Source: Candidatus Sericytochromatia bacterium (lineage in GTDB: Bacteria > Cyanobacteriota > Sericytochromatia > S15B-MN24 > JAQBPE01). From it: a DNA stretch of 64,000 nucleotides. The translations under genes were made by a program, and so were the position numbers. Every line of letters starts with the position of its first letter. Position 1 is the first letter of the stretch. The stretch is from assembly GCA_040400605.1 (NCBI GenBank), contig JBBAPZ010000003.1, positions 170,577-234,576 on the forward strand. Direction: 5' to 3'. Below, piece by piece: positions 21,840 through 30,600 of the stretch. The notes beneath the pieces are model-generated. The model had not been told where the DNA came from and made no database searches. It worked only from the letters and a program-made list of their open reading frames with translations.

Positions 21840-22466
21840 GTGAAACGAGTACGCTACGCAATCGCTGTGACCACTTTGCTATCTGCTGATTTCCTTTTAT
21901 CTTGCGCTGTTCAAGGCGAGCAAATGCCGGCTCCAACTAACTCTTATCCGTCCGTTCCGGCTATCAAATCGCCACCTACGCCGATTCTCGCCGTGGCTGA
22001 CCCAGTTGCATCTAGTCCGAGCCCAGATCCGTTTTCTAGTCGTCAGTCGGATGAAGATCTAAAATTGATAACAGGTGATGGTCGCGTGCATCCCATAAGA
22101 ATCCTGTTCTGGGATAGCTTTAAAATTAGGGTTGCCAATGACGCTGAGTTGGTACGTGCTGACAATAAACTTGGTTTCGTTCAACTGATTCAGGAAAAAT
22201 CAGTACTGCATGATCTGGCTTCTGTAATCTCTCAATACACCCTTGCTTACATCATCAATCCGGCAGCAGATTCGCTTTCTGAGGAGGAATTGAACCGGAA
22301 GGAGGTTGAAGAGGAGGGAATGACCGGGGCAGATGTTCCCAATGATGGTTCGTGGGCTGAAATCGGTATTGAGGGCTATACCGATGTGAAGATAATCGGG
22401 TTATACAAGCAACTCCAGTCAAAGTACTACATAAGGGGAATACAGGTGGTCGGTACTCCTCCGTAG
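21840..22466 (+). CDS. Hypothetical lipoprotein-like protein
   Basis: GAGG RBS, signal ending LLSC, Pro-rich linker; lower GC than flanks. Confidence 0.65.
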   Translation: MKRVRYAIAVTTLLSADFLLSCAVQGEQMPAPTNSYPSVPAIKSPPTPILAVADPVASSPSPDPFSSRQSDEDLKLITGDGRVHPIRILFWDSFKIRVANDAELVRADNKLGFVQLIQEKSVLHDLASVISQYTLAYIINPAADSLSEEELNRKEVEEEGMTGADVPNDGSWAEIGIEGYTDVKIIGLYKQLQSKYYIRGIQVVGTPP

Positions 22467-22522
22467 TGTGGGCGGTTTACAGTTTGTCAGGCCCTTTTGG
22501 GGGTTTTCTCGTTGCCGCCTCC

Positions 22523-22642
22523 ATGCTGATCGCAGAGGATGACCCTGCCATTCGTCGTCTCGTGTCCTGCCTGCTTGAGACCAAGGGCTTCGATATCGCT
22601 GCACGCAAGACCCTCACTGAACGAGTTTTCGACACAAAATAG
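22523..22642 (+). pseudogene. N-terminal fragment of a response-regulator receiver domain
   Basis: MLIAEDDPAIRRLVSCLLETKGFDI then diverges and stops after 39 aa. Confidence 0.6.
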
Positions 22643-22866
22643 GTCATGAGTGTTGATGGTGCTGTAAACCCGCACGTTTTGACAGTGCAAAAGCATGACA
22701 CGCCTGATTGTTACAAGCAACAGCGTAGGATTGGCTTGAGTTCACCATTGGGGTAATTTGAACCCTTGCAAGATTACAGCCGTGGGGATAGCGCCCCCAG
22801 GCTGCCGCGTCGCCGCAGTCACGACGATAGAATCAGCGTCCCTGATTACAGGCGGCTTGTCCGGTC

Positions 22867-23360
22867 TTGAACGGCAATTGCTCGCAGCAATTCATTTACC
22901 GGCAGTTCAGTTGTGCCTCTTGTCGCGCCATTGTGCGCATCTGCCGCGCTTGTGACCGTGGCAATCGCGAACGCAGGAAACTGGCCAGAAAGGAAACCTG
23001 GCGCCTGGCTGGTAAACGCTACCAGCGAACGCCGCGCGGTGCTCGTGCCCATTTCTTGCGCCAGGATGCCTATCGTATGTGGCTCGCCAAGAAAGTGACG
23101 CATCAGGGTTCAATTCAGCTTGTTCGGTCTGGCATTGTGGAGTCGGCGATGACTATGGCTGGCCCCATTCAGTCATCACCGATAACCCAACGCAACCTTA
23201 GCCAGGCATTTTGCGATTTCTGTGGAAGCGCTTGGTCGCCTTTTGCTCGGCTAATGTATCTGCAAGGCGGTGTGCCGGGTTGGCAAAAGCCTGCAGTGTC
23301 GACGAGAAACCAGACCGCATGATTACCAAAGTGACTGAGACCAAGCGATACAGGCCGGCA
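22867..23360 (+). mobile_element. Remnant of an IS21-type element: Cys-rich accessory ORF plus the first codons of a possible transposase
   Basis: ORF 22867..23322 with CASC..ICRACDRGN..AGKRYQRT.RG..H..RQ..YR..KVTHQGS..CDFCG, a pattern I recall upstream of IS21 istA genes; overlapping ATG at 23319 (MITKVTET..) is cut short. Confidence 0.55.
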
Positions 23361-23363
23361 TTG

Positions 23364-23765
23364 TCAACTTTGCTGCCAAACCATCAGCAAACGCCGCGTG
23401 TACGAGTTAAGATCCAACGAGAAGGCGTCTTTCGGCTGGATCCACCGGTAGGACTGGGCTTCATCATTCAAGCGCACGTCGGCACCATCCGTCCAGGCGA
23501 CGTAATTAATCAATAAAAAATGAGCCGGCTTGTAAAATTCCGGCGAATCGATACAATCCTGAACCAGGATCAGTCGTTCATCGCGGATGGCAAGGCCCGT
23601 TTCTTCCAACAGCTCACGCCGGAGCGCTTCCAACATGGTCTCCCCCGCTTGTATCTTGCCGCCAGGGATGCCATACCGGTCACGCCATTTGTGGGTCTTA
23701 ATCAACAAACAATCACCCGATTGATTGATGACCAATGCCCCGACCGTTGCGATGGGCCCACTCAT
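23364..23765 (-). CDS. NUDIX hydrolase
   Basis: Nudix box GGKIQAGETMLEALRRELLEETGL. Confidence 0.92.
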   Translation of the reverse strand: MSGPIATVGALVINQSGDCLLIKTHKWRDRYGIPGGKIQAGETMLEALRRELLEETGLAIRDERLILVQDCIDSPEFYKPAHFLLINYVAWTDGADVRLNDEAQSYRWIQPKDAFSLDLNSYTRRLLMVWQQS

Positions 23766-23820
23766 TGACTGACTCCTTTTCAACATGCTCTCGGCTCGAT
23801 TGTAACAAGGGTTGATCACC

Positions 23821-24789
23821 ATGCCCAACGCTCACCACTGCTTGACGCCTGACCATATCGATTACGATGTGATCATTGTCGGCGCCGGTATGGCTGGTAT
23901 CAGCGCCGCTTTATGGTGCAAACGCCTTCAACTATCCTTTTGCTGGTTCGATGACAAACACCAAAGCGGCGGCCAACTGCGACGACTTCATAATGGCATC
24001 CCCGATTATCCCGGCCGCATTTACCGCAACGGTATCGAACTCGCGGATGCGCTGGATGAACAGCTTGTGACCCTGAATTTGAAGCCACGCCTGCAAGAAG
24101 CGGTAACCCACTTTGATCTCACCAACCGCTGTGTTGCAACGCACCAAGGGCGCTACCGCGCGCGTGCCATCGTTTTGGGCACCGGCGTTTCGAATCGGAG
24201 GCTTGGACTGTCTGACGAAGATCGGCTTTGGGGCCGGGGTGTCAGTGATTCTGCGTCGCGTGATCGCAAACACTTTGTGGACCAAGTCGTCGCTGTCGTT
24301 GGAGGCGGTGATGCCGCGTGCGAAAACGCCCTGATGCTCGCTCAACAATGCCCAAAAGTCTACCTGCTTGCGCGCGGCACCCTCCGGGCTCGGCCAGACT
24401 TTCAGGCAGCCGTGACCGAAGATCCCCGAATCACCGTGTTGCGCCACCACCAAGTCACAGCCCTCCACGGTGAGCAAAAACTGGAACGACTCACGGTACA
24501 GGGTCCAGAAGGTCCCAAAATCCTTACCGTGACCGGTCTGTTCATTCGAATCGGCGTTAACCCCAATTCAACCCCCTTCGCATCCCAGGTACTGAGTGAC
24601 GCGCAAGGCTACGTCTCTGTCGACGCGAACCAGCAAAGCAGCCTGCCAAATGTCTACGCGATTGGTGACGTGGCAAGTGCCACCCACAGCAGCCTGGCCC
24701 ACGCTGCCGGCTCCGGTATGGTAGCCATCAAATCCATCCAACGGACCTTGGACCGCTCAAGGCACGAAACCATGGACAGCCAGTCCTAA
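23821..24789 (+). CDS. Thioredoxin-reductase-like NAD(P)/FAD oxidoreductase lacking CxxC
   Basis: GAGMAG, VVGGGDAA, VYAIGD; GVSDSASRD where TrxB has GVSxCAxCD. Confidence 0.85.
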   Translation: MPNAHHCLTPDHIDYDVIIVGAGMAGISAALWCKRLQLSFCWFDDKHQSGGQLRRLHNGIPDYPGRIYRNGIELADALDEQLVTLNLKPRLQEAVTHFDLTNRCVATHQGRYRARAIVLGTGVSNRRLGLSDEDRLWGRGVSDSASRDRKHFVDQVVAVVGGGDAACENALMLAQQCPKVYLLARGTLRARPDFQAAVTEDPRITVLRHHQVTALHGEQKLERLTVQGPEGPKILTVTGLFIRIGVNPNSTPFASQVLSDAQGYVSVDANQQSSLPNVYAIGDVASATHSSLAHAAGSGMVAIKSIQRTLDRSRHETMDSQS

Positions 24790-24893
24790 CGTCGCAACCA
24801 GACCGATCAGACTCACAAACCAGTTTTTTCGACTCGCAGGCGAAACACATCCAAACAAAGGTCTCAAAAGTGTTTCAGACTCGTGTCGATGCC

Positions 24894-24936
24894 GTGGCAC
24901 GGCCAATGAATGGTCACCATCCGTTGGCCGTGCCAC
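24894..24936. repeat. Strong hairpin between convergent genes
   Basis: GTGGCACGGCCAA / TTGGCCGTGCCAC perfect 13-bp arms. Confidence 0.75.
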
Positions 24937-25157
24937 AATGAAAGCCGTGCTTCAAATAACTTAAGCGATACAGAAACGCCTTGATTGCTGATCAAATTTT
25001 GACTAGTATTCAATAACAACGAGTCAGTGCCTGTTGTTTTGACTTTGCCACCTACGTTTTGAACAAAAACCGATGCGTCGCTGTATCGCACGTCTGTCAG
25101 CAGCACGAATGTTTTGGGCCGGACTCCCTCAGGCATCAAGCCTGAGGAGGCAAGCCA

Positions 25158-26240
25158 TCAAATGGCTTCGTTTCGCTCGCCGTCTGTATCCACTTCGGTC
25201 AGTTGACCGGACTGTTCCTGCTGAATCAACGATAACTTCGAACGGACAAGACCCTCGATTTCTTGTGCCACCGCCGTGTTCTGCTCCAGAAAAGCCACCG
25301 TGTTATCCCGGCCTTGACCAATTTTTTGCTCATTGAAAGCAAACCAGGCACCGCTCTTTTGTACGATGCCCTGGTCAACGGCGACATCGAGCGTGCACCC
25401 CAAACGGTTAATGCCACGACCAAACAAGATATCAAATTCAGCGACGCGAAATGGCGGCGAAACTTTGTTTTTCACCACTTTGACCTTTACGCGGTTGCCA
25501 AACTCTGAACCATCTTTCTTCAGGGTTTCGATACGTCGCACCTCCAAACGCACCGAGGCGTAAAAACGCAGGGCTCGCCCGCCTGTTGTTGTTTCCGGAT
25601 TGCCAAACATCACGCCGATCTTCTCACGAATCTGGTTGATAAAAATCACCGTGCAGTGACTGCGTCCAATCGCAGCCGTCAATTTACGCAACGCCTGGCT
25701 CATTAAACGGGCTTGCAAGCCGACGTGAGAATCACCCATCTCACCCTCGATTTCTGCCTTGGGAACCAGCGCCGCGACCGAGTCGACAACAACGAGGTCC
25801 ACTGCACCCGAACGCACCAGTGCCTCGGTGATCTCCAGAGCCTGTTCGCCGGTGTCTGGCTGAGAAACCAGCAAGTTGTCAATATCGACGCCCAAATTGC
25901 GCGCATACACAGGATCCAGTGCGTGCTCCGCATCCACGAAAGCCGCCACACCCCCCGCACGTTGGGTCTCGGCGACAGAATGCAGCGCCACGGTCGTCTT
26001 GCCACCGGACTCAGGTCCATAAATTTCGATGATGCGACCTTTCGGCAAACCACCAACACCCAACGCAAGATCCAAGGTCAAGGCGCCAGTCGGCGTCGCC
26101 TCAATTCGCATCCTGGCGTTATCACCCAATTTCATGATGGCGCCTTTGCCAAACTGTTTTTCAATCTGAGCCAGAACATTTTTTAATGCCCCGTCACGAC
26201 CACTCTCCATACGACCGCTCAAGGCATCCTGTTTGGACAT
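25158..26240 (-). CDS. recA: Recombinase A
   Basis: [56 protein letters not shown]. Confidence 0.99.
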   Translation of the reverse strand: MSKQDALSGRMESGRDGALKNVLAQIEKQFGKGAIMKLGDNARMRIEATPTGALTLDLALGVGGLPKGRIIEIYGPESGGKTTVALHSVAETQRAGGVAAFVDAEHALDPVYARNLGVDIDNLLVSQPDTGEQALEITEALVRSGAVDLVVVDSVAALVPKAEIEGEMGDSHVGLQARLMSQALRKLTAAIGRSHCTVIFINQIREKIGVMFGNPETTTGGRALRFYASVRLEVRRIETLKKDGSEFGNRVKVKVVKNKVSPPFRVAEFDILFGRGINRLGCTLDVAVDQGIVQKSGAWFAFNEQKIGQGRDNTVAFLEQNTAVAQEIEGLVRSKLSLIQQEQSGQLTEVDTDGERNEAI

Positions 26241-26300
26241 TGCAACACTCCTTCAACCGAGATGTGACGGGCCACAGAAAAACGCTTGCCCCAAGAATAT

Positions 26301-26314
26301 CAAACATTTGTTCC
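26301..26314 (-). promoter_or_regulatory. Putative LexA (SOS) box, GAAC-N4-GTTY type
   Basis: GGAACAAATGTTTG on the minus strand about 60 nt upstream of the recA start. Confidence 0.7.
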
Positions 26315-26365
26315 AAACGACAAGCGTGGTGTCGAATAAATGAGCATACAGCCCTTGAAATCGGG

Positions 26366-26902
26366 TCAGCGTCTCAGATGTGCCAGCGAATAACTGAGGC
26401 CTGCGCTGATTTGGGTCGCTTTGCTGAATGTGCCGTTGCGGAAAACGTTCCACCCTGCTGAGTGACCTGACCGCGACGAGCTTTCCGCAAAATAGCGAAA
26501 ACTGGGACCTGACGGTTGGCCAAGGCTTTCAGCGTCGTCGTGGCGTCTGTTTTTATTGCTATCGGCATAGACCCGGAGGCTGCAAACCACGGAACGGGTT
26601 TCATCCGGTTGTTCCATCAAATTGATGGGCGGGCTTGCAGGAAAAGCGAGGCTGTATTGGCCATCCGTGATCGAAACTGAGTTAAGCTCCACTTGCGGAC
26701 CGCCAGCCTGTGGTGCACCAAACAGCCCGACCCGGCTGTCTTCGGCCGCATCCTGGACACTGCCACTGACCGTTGTGGTTCCCGTTATTGCGCCAATCAG
26801 CGGCGCCGCGGGCACAGCGCAACTGACACTGCAGATGGATGCCAAAACCACGCCCAACACCATGACCCGCTTTGGATAACGGTGAATACCCATGTGCTTC
26901 AC
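26366..26902 (-). CDS. Hypothetical secreted/lipoprotein
   Basis: Signal peptide with Cys; beta-rich body; overlaps the patatin stop by 4 nt. Confidence 0.7.
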   Translation of the reverse strand: MKHMGIHRYPKRVMVLGVVLASICSVSCAVPAAPLIGAITGTTTVSGSVQDAAEDSRVGLFGAPQAGGPQVELNSVSITDGQYSLAFPASPPINLMEQPDETRSVVCSLRVYADSNKNRRHDDAESLGQPSGPSFRYFAESSSRSGHSAGWNVFRNGTFSKATQISAGLSYSLAHLRR

Positions 26903-28134
26903 TCCTCGCTCTCGTTTGTGTGAACAGTTGATCCACAGGCGAAACGTTTTGCCAGGACATTGTGACCGTCTTGATAACCCGTCTCGATGTAACGCCCGAT
27001 TAAGGCCGTATCGTGAAAGCCAGCGAACAAATCCCCAACCAGCGGCGTGGATGGGATCACCGGAATGATTCGAACCACGCGGCGGCGTCTGAAATCCTCA
27101 ACGTTGCGAAACCCCGCCGCTTCGCACAGTGTGTGATTGAACTCTGAATCTTTGATCCGGCCATCTGCGTCTTGTTCGAGCACGCGTTGCAGGGCCGTGA
27201 TACGGCGGTTGACCTTGAGTACCTTGTGGTAATTGTTGATCAAAAATTTGCCGGCCAGCATTTCGCACATGCGACTGAAAATCGTCATGATGGTTCGTGG
27301 TTCTTTGTCTAGCGGGGGAACAATGGTGGTTGCCATGACGACAAATAACGTGTCGATGTCCCCGTCCATGGCGATCGCCTTGCCAATCGGCGAATTGTCG
27401 GTCATGCCACCGTCGATGTAAAGTCCTGCCTTCCCCGCTCCAGCCGGGGTCATGCGCAGGGGGGGAAACATGAGCGGGAAGGCACCGCTTCCCGTAATGA
27501 CATCCAACAACCGGTTGAACTGCACAAAGTTCTCGGCGTGCGGCATCTCGGGATACCAATGAAAGTCTTCGTAATGCGCCCAACTGTTTTCGATGCGCTC
27601 TTCTTCGTCTACAAGGGATGTCCCGCCCAACAGGTTGCACATGACCGCGCTAAAACGAACGGGGCGCTTGATGGCTGCCGGGAGAACGAGCTCCTGAGTC
27701 AGTTGACGAAAGTACGCACCAGAAAAAATGGAAGAAAAATGACCTTTGAGCATCTTCTCCAATGTATCCAATGCTTGCGTATCAAACCGCGTGGGCAAGT
27801 AAACCTTGCTGAAGGGGTCAATGCCAAAACGTGAGAACAACTGACTCAACGCACGGCCGCTGCCGTCCAGTGAATGCTCCTCGGTGCCAGCTTTGTAAAA
27901 ATGTTGCAGGCTCACCTGCTTGCGCCAGACGTCGTAAAGTTTTTTCTCGATATTGGCGCCGCTAAACTGCTCCTGCATCAACAAGCCGGCGACGACGGTA
28001 CCATTCATCGCGCCAGCGGAAATACCCACAATCACATCGGGTTGCACCCCACGTTCCGCGAAAGCCTTCAGTACGCCGGCCTCATACGCGCCTTTTGCAA
28101 CGCCACCAGATAACACCAGGCCAACTTTAGCCAT
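26899..28134 (-). CDS. Patatin-like phospholipase
   Basis: LSGGVAKGAY glycine loop, GISAG nucleophile elbow, YIDGG catalytic Asp. Confidence 0.93.
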   Translation of the reverse strand: MAKVGLVLSGGVAKGAYEAGVLKAFAERGVQPDVIVGISAGAMNGTVVAGLLMQEQFSGANIEKKLYDVWRKQVSLQHFYKAGTEEHSLDGSGRALSQLFSRFGIDPFSKVYLPTRFDTQALDTLEKMLKGHFSSIFSGAYFRQLTQELVLPAAIKRPVRFSAVMCNLLGGTSLVDEEERIENSWAHYEDFHWYPEMPHAENFVQFNRLLDVITGSGAFPLMFPPLRMTPAGAGKAGLYIDGGMTDNSPIGKAIAMDGDIDTLFVVMATTIVPPLDKEPRTIMTIFSRMCEMLAGKFLINNYHKVLKVNRRITALQRVLEQDADGRIKDSEFNHTLCEAAGFRNVEDFRRRRVVRIIPVIPSTPLVGDLFAGFHDTALIGRYIETGYQDGHNVLAKRFACGSTVHTNESEE

Positions 28135-28391
28135 TCAGACAAACACTCCACGATTAATGACCCGTATGTGGCCCGAGACCCAGCCATGCTATTCCCCAAT
28201 CCAGCAAAAACCACACGCCGCAAAGGACCCGCGGAACCATCAATTTCGCTGTTCAGACGGCCACCGCGCGTTGCTTGTGTGATCGCGCACACCAACCAAA
28301 ATTGACATAACACGGTATGATGAAGCTTGTGCGAGGCAGGCGTGTGAGCCTCGCCGTCGTGCCAAGGCACGATGTGAGTCCTACAGGCGGG

Positions 28392-29780
28392 ATGACGTTC
28401 ATGGCCCTTGAACTGAGTAACTTGAGTCCAGAACAGCGGGCGTGGGGTATCGTGAATCCAGGGTTGGATGACGATGCAGACGGCGCAGAGCCTGCCGTAC
28501 CATTCCGCCGTCGTGCCGTGGAGCATTTTCTGGCGCCAGGCTGGCGTTCGGACGCTGTATCGGCGCTGCAGGTACACCAGGGCTTTCACGGGCTTTTTCC
28601 GCTGTTTCTAGCGTTAACGCGTGGCGCGAATGAAGCGACCTTTGTGATTCGCATTGCCTTCATTCGTGAGCTGTTTGCCAGTTGTCGAGAGCGTTTTTGG
28701 GACAAAGACGCGATGCATCGCGTGTTGCCGTGGCTGAGTGCCGATGCCTTGGATCACCTTGTCAACACGTTTAGGACTTATGGTTGGCTGACCTTTGATC
28801 GGCAGCGCGGTTATTGTTGGACTGAAATGGGTGTGAACGCCGCAGCGATGCTGGGGATGTTGGCTCAGGTGTCACCGCAGCGCCAGGAACTTGGGATCGC
28901 TCTGTATGGTGTCGAGTTTTGTCTGCAGATGGGTTATGACCCGCTGGATGTTTTGTATAACTTGCGGGCACGCTTTGATGGACTGGCTGCGTGTTTGGTT
29001 GAGGCGTTGGACTCTCATTCGGAGGTCAAGCTGCTTGAGGCCCAGGATCAGTTGGAGCAGTGCATTTCGCTGTCCCAAGAGACCAGACGGGTGTTGGATG
29101 GTCTTGATCTCGACCGTCGGGAATTGCGTCAGGAGTATCAGGCGATTCACCAGCATTTGAGTCAACTTCATGCGTATCGCTCGGAGTTGCTGCGGGTTTT
29201 GACGGGAATGGGTGAGCAATTCATCACCCTTGACGGCGGCATCAATCAGGTTGATATTACGCGGACGCTTATCGAGGCAGATGTTGACGAGTTGGCTGCG
29301 ATCGCCGCATCCGCGTTCCGTTGTCCGGCTTTTTTGCCACCGTTGTTTGATGCCAGTTTGTTGGTGGCGGCCGCGGATTATCATTTGCATCGAGAACTGA
29401 TCGAATTGGAGGAGGAGTTCTGGAATGAACCGGTACCGGCCGAAACGATGGCTGCGCAAAGTACGAGTCGCGAAACCATTGCCGAAGCCGTACAGGATCT
29501 GGAACAACTGGCCAGGCGGCCTGACCCGACGCCCGTGCACGAGTTTGCGTCGACGGAGAGCGCGGCGTTGGCCTTGTATCGCATCTCATTGCTGCCGTTG
29601 TTGGGCACGCCCATCGCTCCGGGTGAACGCATTGACAGTCCTGTGCAGCGATTGAAAATGGTGCCTGTTGCGATACAGCATCCCGCCACGCCGGGTGTGC
29701 TGGAAGCGCCCACCCCGATCATCAAGGCGATTACGGATGCGAACCTGGTTCCGTTAAGGAAGGTGAACGATGGAAGATAG
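28392..29780 (+). CDS. Putative kleisin subunit (JetA/MksF-like)
   Basis: ~460 aa, first gene of the SMC operon; winged-helix-like LDHLVNTFRTYGWLTFD..GYCWTEMG followed by a long helical bundle; call relies on position and size. Confidence 0.6.
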   Translation: MTFMALELSNLSPEQRAWGIVNPGLDDDADGAEPAVPFRRRAVEHFLAPGWRSDAVSALQVHQGFHGLFPLFLALTRGANEATFVIRIAFIRELFASCRERFWDKDAMHRVLPWLSADALDHLVNTFRTYGWLTFDRQRGYCWTEMGVNAAAMLGMLAQVSPQRQELGIALYGVEFCLQMGYDPLDVLYNLRARFDGLAACLVEALDSHSEVKLLEAQDQLEQCISLSQETRRVLDGLDLDRRELRQEYQAIHQHLSQLHAYRSELLRVLTGMGEQFITLDGGINQVDITRTLIEADVDELAAIAASAFRCPAFLPPLFDASLLVAAADYHLHRELIELEEEFWNEPVPAETMAAQSTSRETIAEAVQDLEQLARRPDPTPVHEFASTESAALALYRISLLPLLGTPIAPGERIDSPVQRLKMVPVAIQHPATPGVLEAPTPIIKAITDANLVPLRKVNDGR

Positions 29781-30555
29781 TCTTCAAGGTGCTGTCAACC
29801 GTATCGTCGGTGCGTCCCGAATCCCGCAGGACGAGCGGTTGCACGATGTGGTGGATCGTGAGCGCGTGACTGATTTCAATGTTGGGGTAACAGGTTTTCA
29901 ATCAGTTGCGGATGTGGCGCAAGAATCGCTGGAACCCGACGCACAGGCCATCGCGCCGGATGATGAGATTGCCTTGTTGCTGGCGCGTTTTTTCCACAAG
30001 GGTTACTTGCCCCGTGCTGAGGCGCGGCCGTTGATGGATCCGCAGGTGCGCGCCGTTGCAGAGCAGCGTCTGAATGCCGTGGGGCTTGCATTGGCCTGGA
30101 GCCCGTATTCGCGTTACTACGGGTTAACCTTGGCCGATGGGCCGGCTGAGCGTTCGGAGCGCATTACCAATTTGGCGGAGCTGGACCGCAATGCATTGGC
30201 GTTGCTTGTGATACTCTGGGCCCGCCTGGTGCTTCCGCAGCGCCTTGCTGAGGAAGGGCGTGAGGGGGGCGTCAGTGAGCCGGTGGTGGCGTTTGAGACG
30301 CTCAATGCCGAGTTTGGCAAGAAACTGGGCGGACGTCGATTTGAGATGTATGTGAGCCAGTTGCGACGTTTGGGGTTTTTGGAGTATAGCCGCAAGGATG
30401 AGATCAAGGCAGGTCCGTTTTTGGATTTGCTGGGTGATGCCAACCAGTTGGCATCGTACTTGAGACAAAGCACGATTGCCCGCGTGGTGGGTGAAGGTCA
30501 GGTGGTTGAAGAGGCCGAAGTGGATGAATCCATTGCGGCTGAATCGGTCGAGTAA
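29770..30555 (+). CDS. Putative kite subunit (JetB/MksE-like, tandem winged helix)
   Basis: 261 aa, overlaps the upstream gene; LALLVILWARL helix and QLRRLGFLEY..IKAGPFL wing; acidic tail. Confidence 0.6.
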   Translation: MEDSLQGAVNRIVGASRIPQDERLHDVVDRERVTDFNVGVTGFQSVADVAQESLEPDAQAIAPDDEIALLLARFFHKGYLPRAEARPLMDPQVRAVAEQRLNAVGLALAWSPYSRYYGLTLADGPAERSERITNLAELDRNALALLVILWARLVLPQRLAEEGREGGVSEPVVAFETLNAEFGKKLGGRRFEMYVSQLRRLGFLEYSRKDEIKAGPFLDLLGDANQLASYLRQSTIARVVGEGQVVEEAEVDESIAAESVE

Positions 30556-30600
30556 TGGTCGTGTGGTTTCGAAAGTCTTGTAGAGACAGGTGACGTTGAC

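Noticed and set aside
26899..28134. Patatin as part of a CBASS operon
   Set aside because: No CD-NTase cyclase or Cap2/Cap3 genes in the window.
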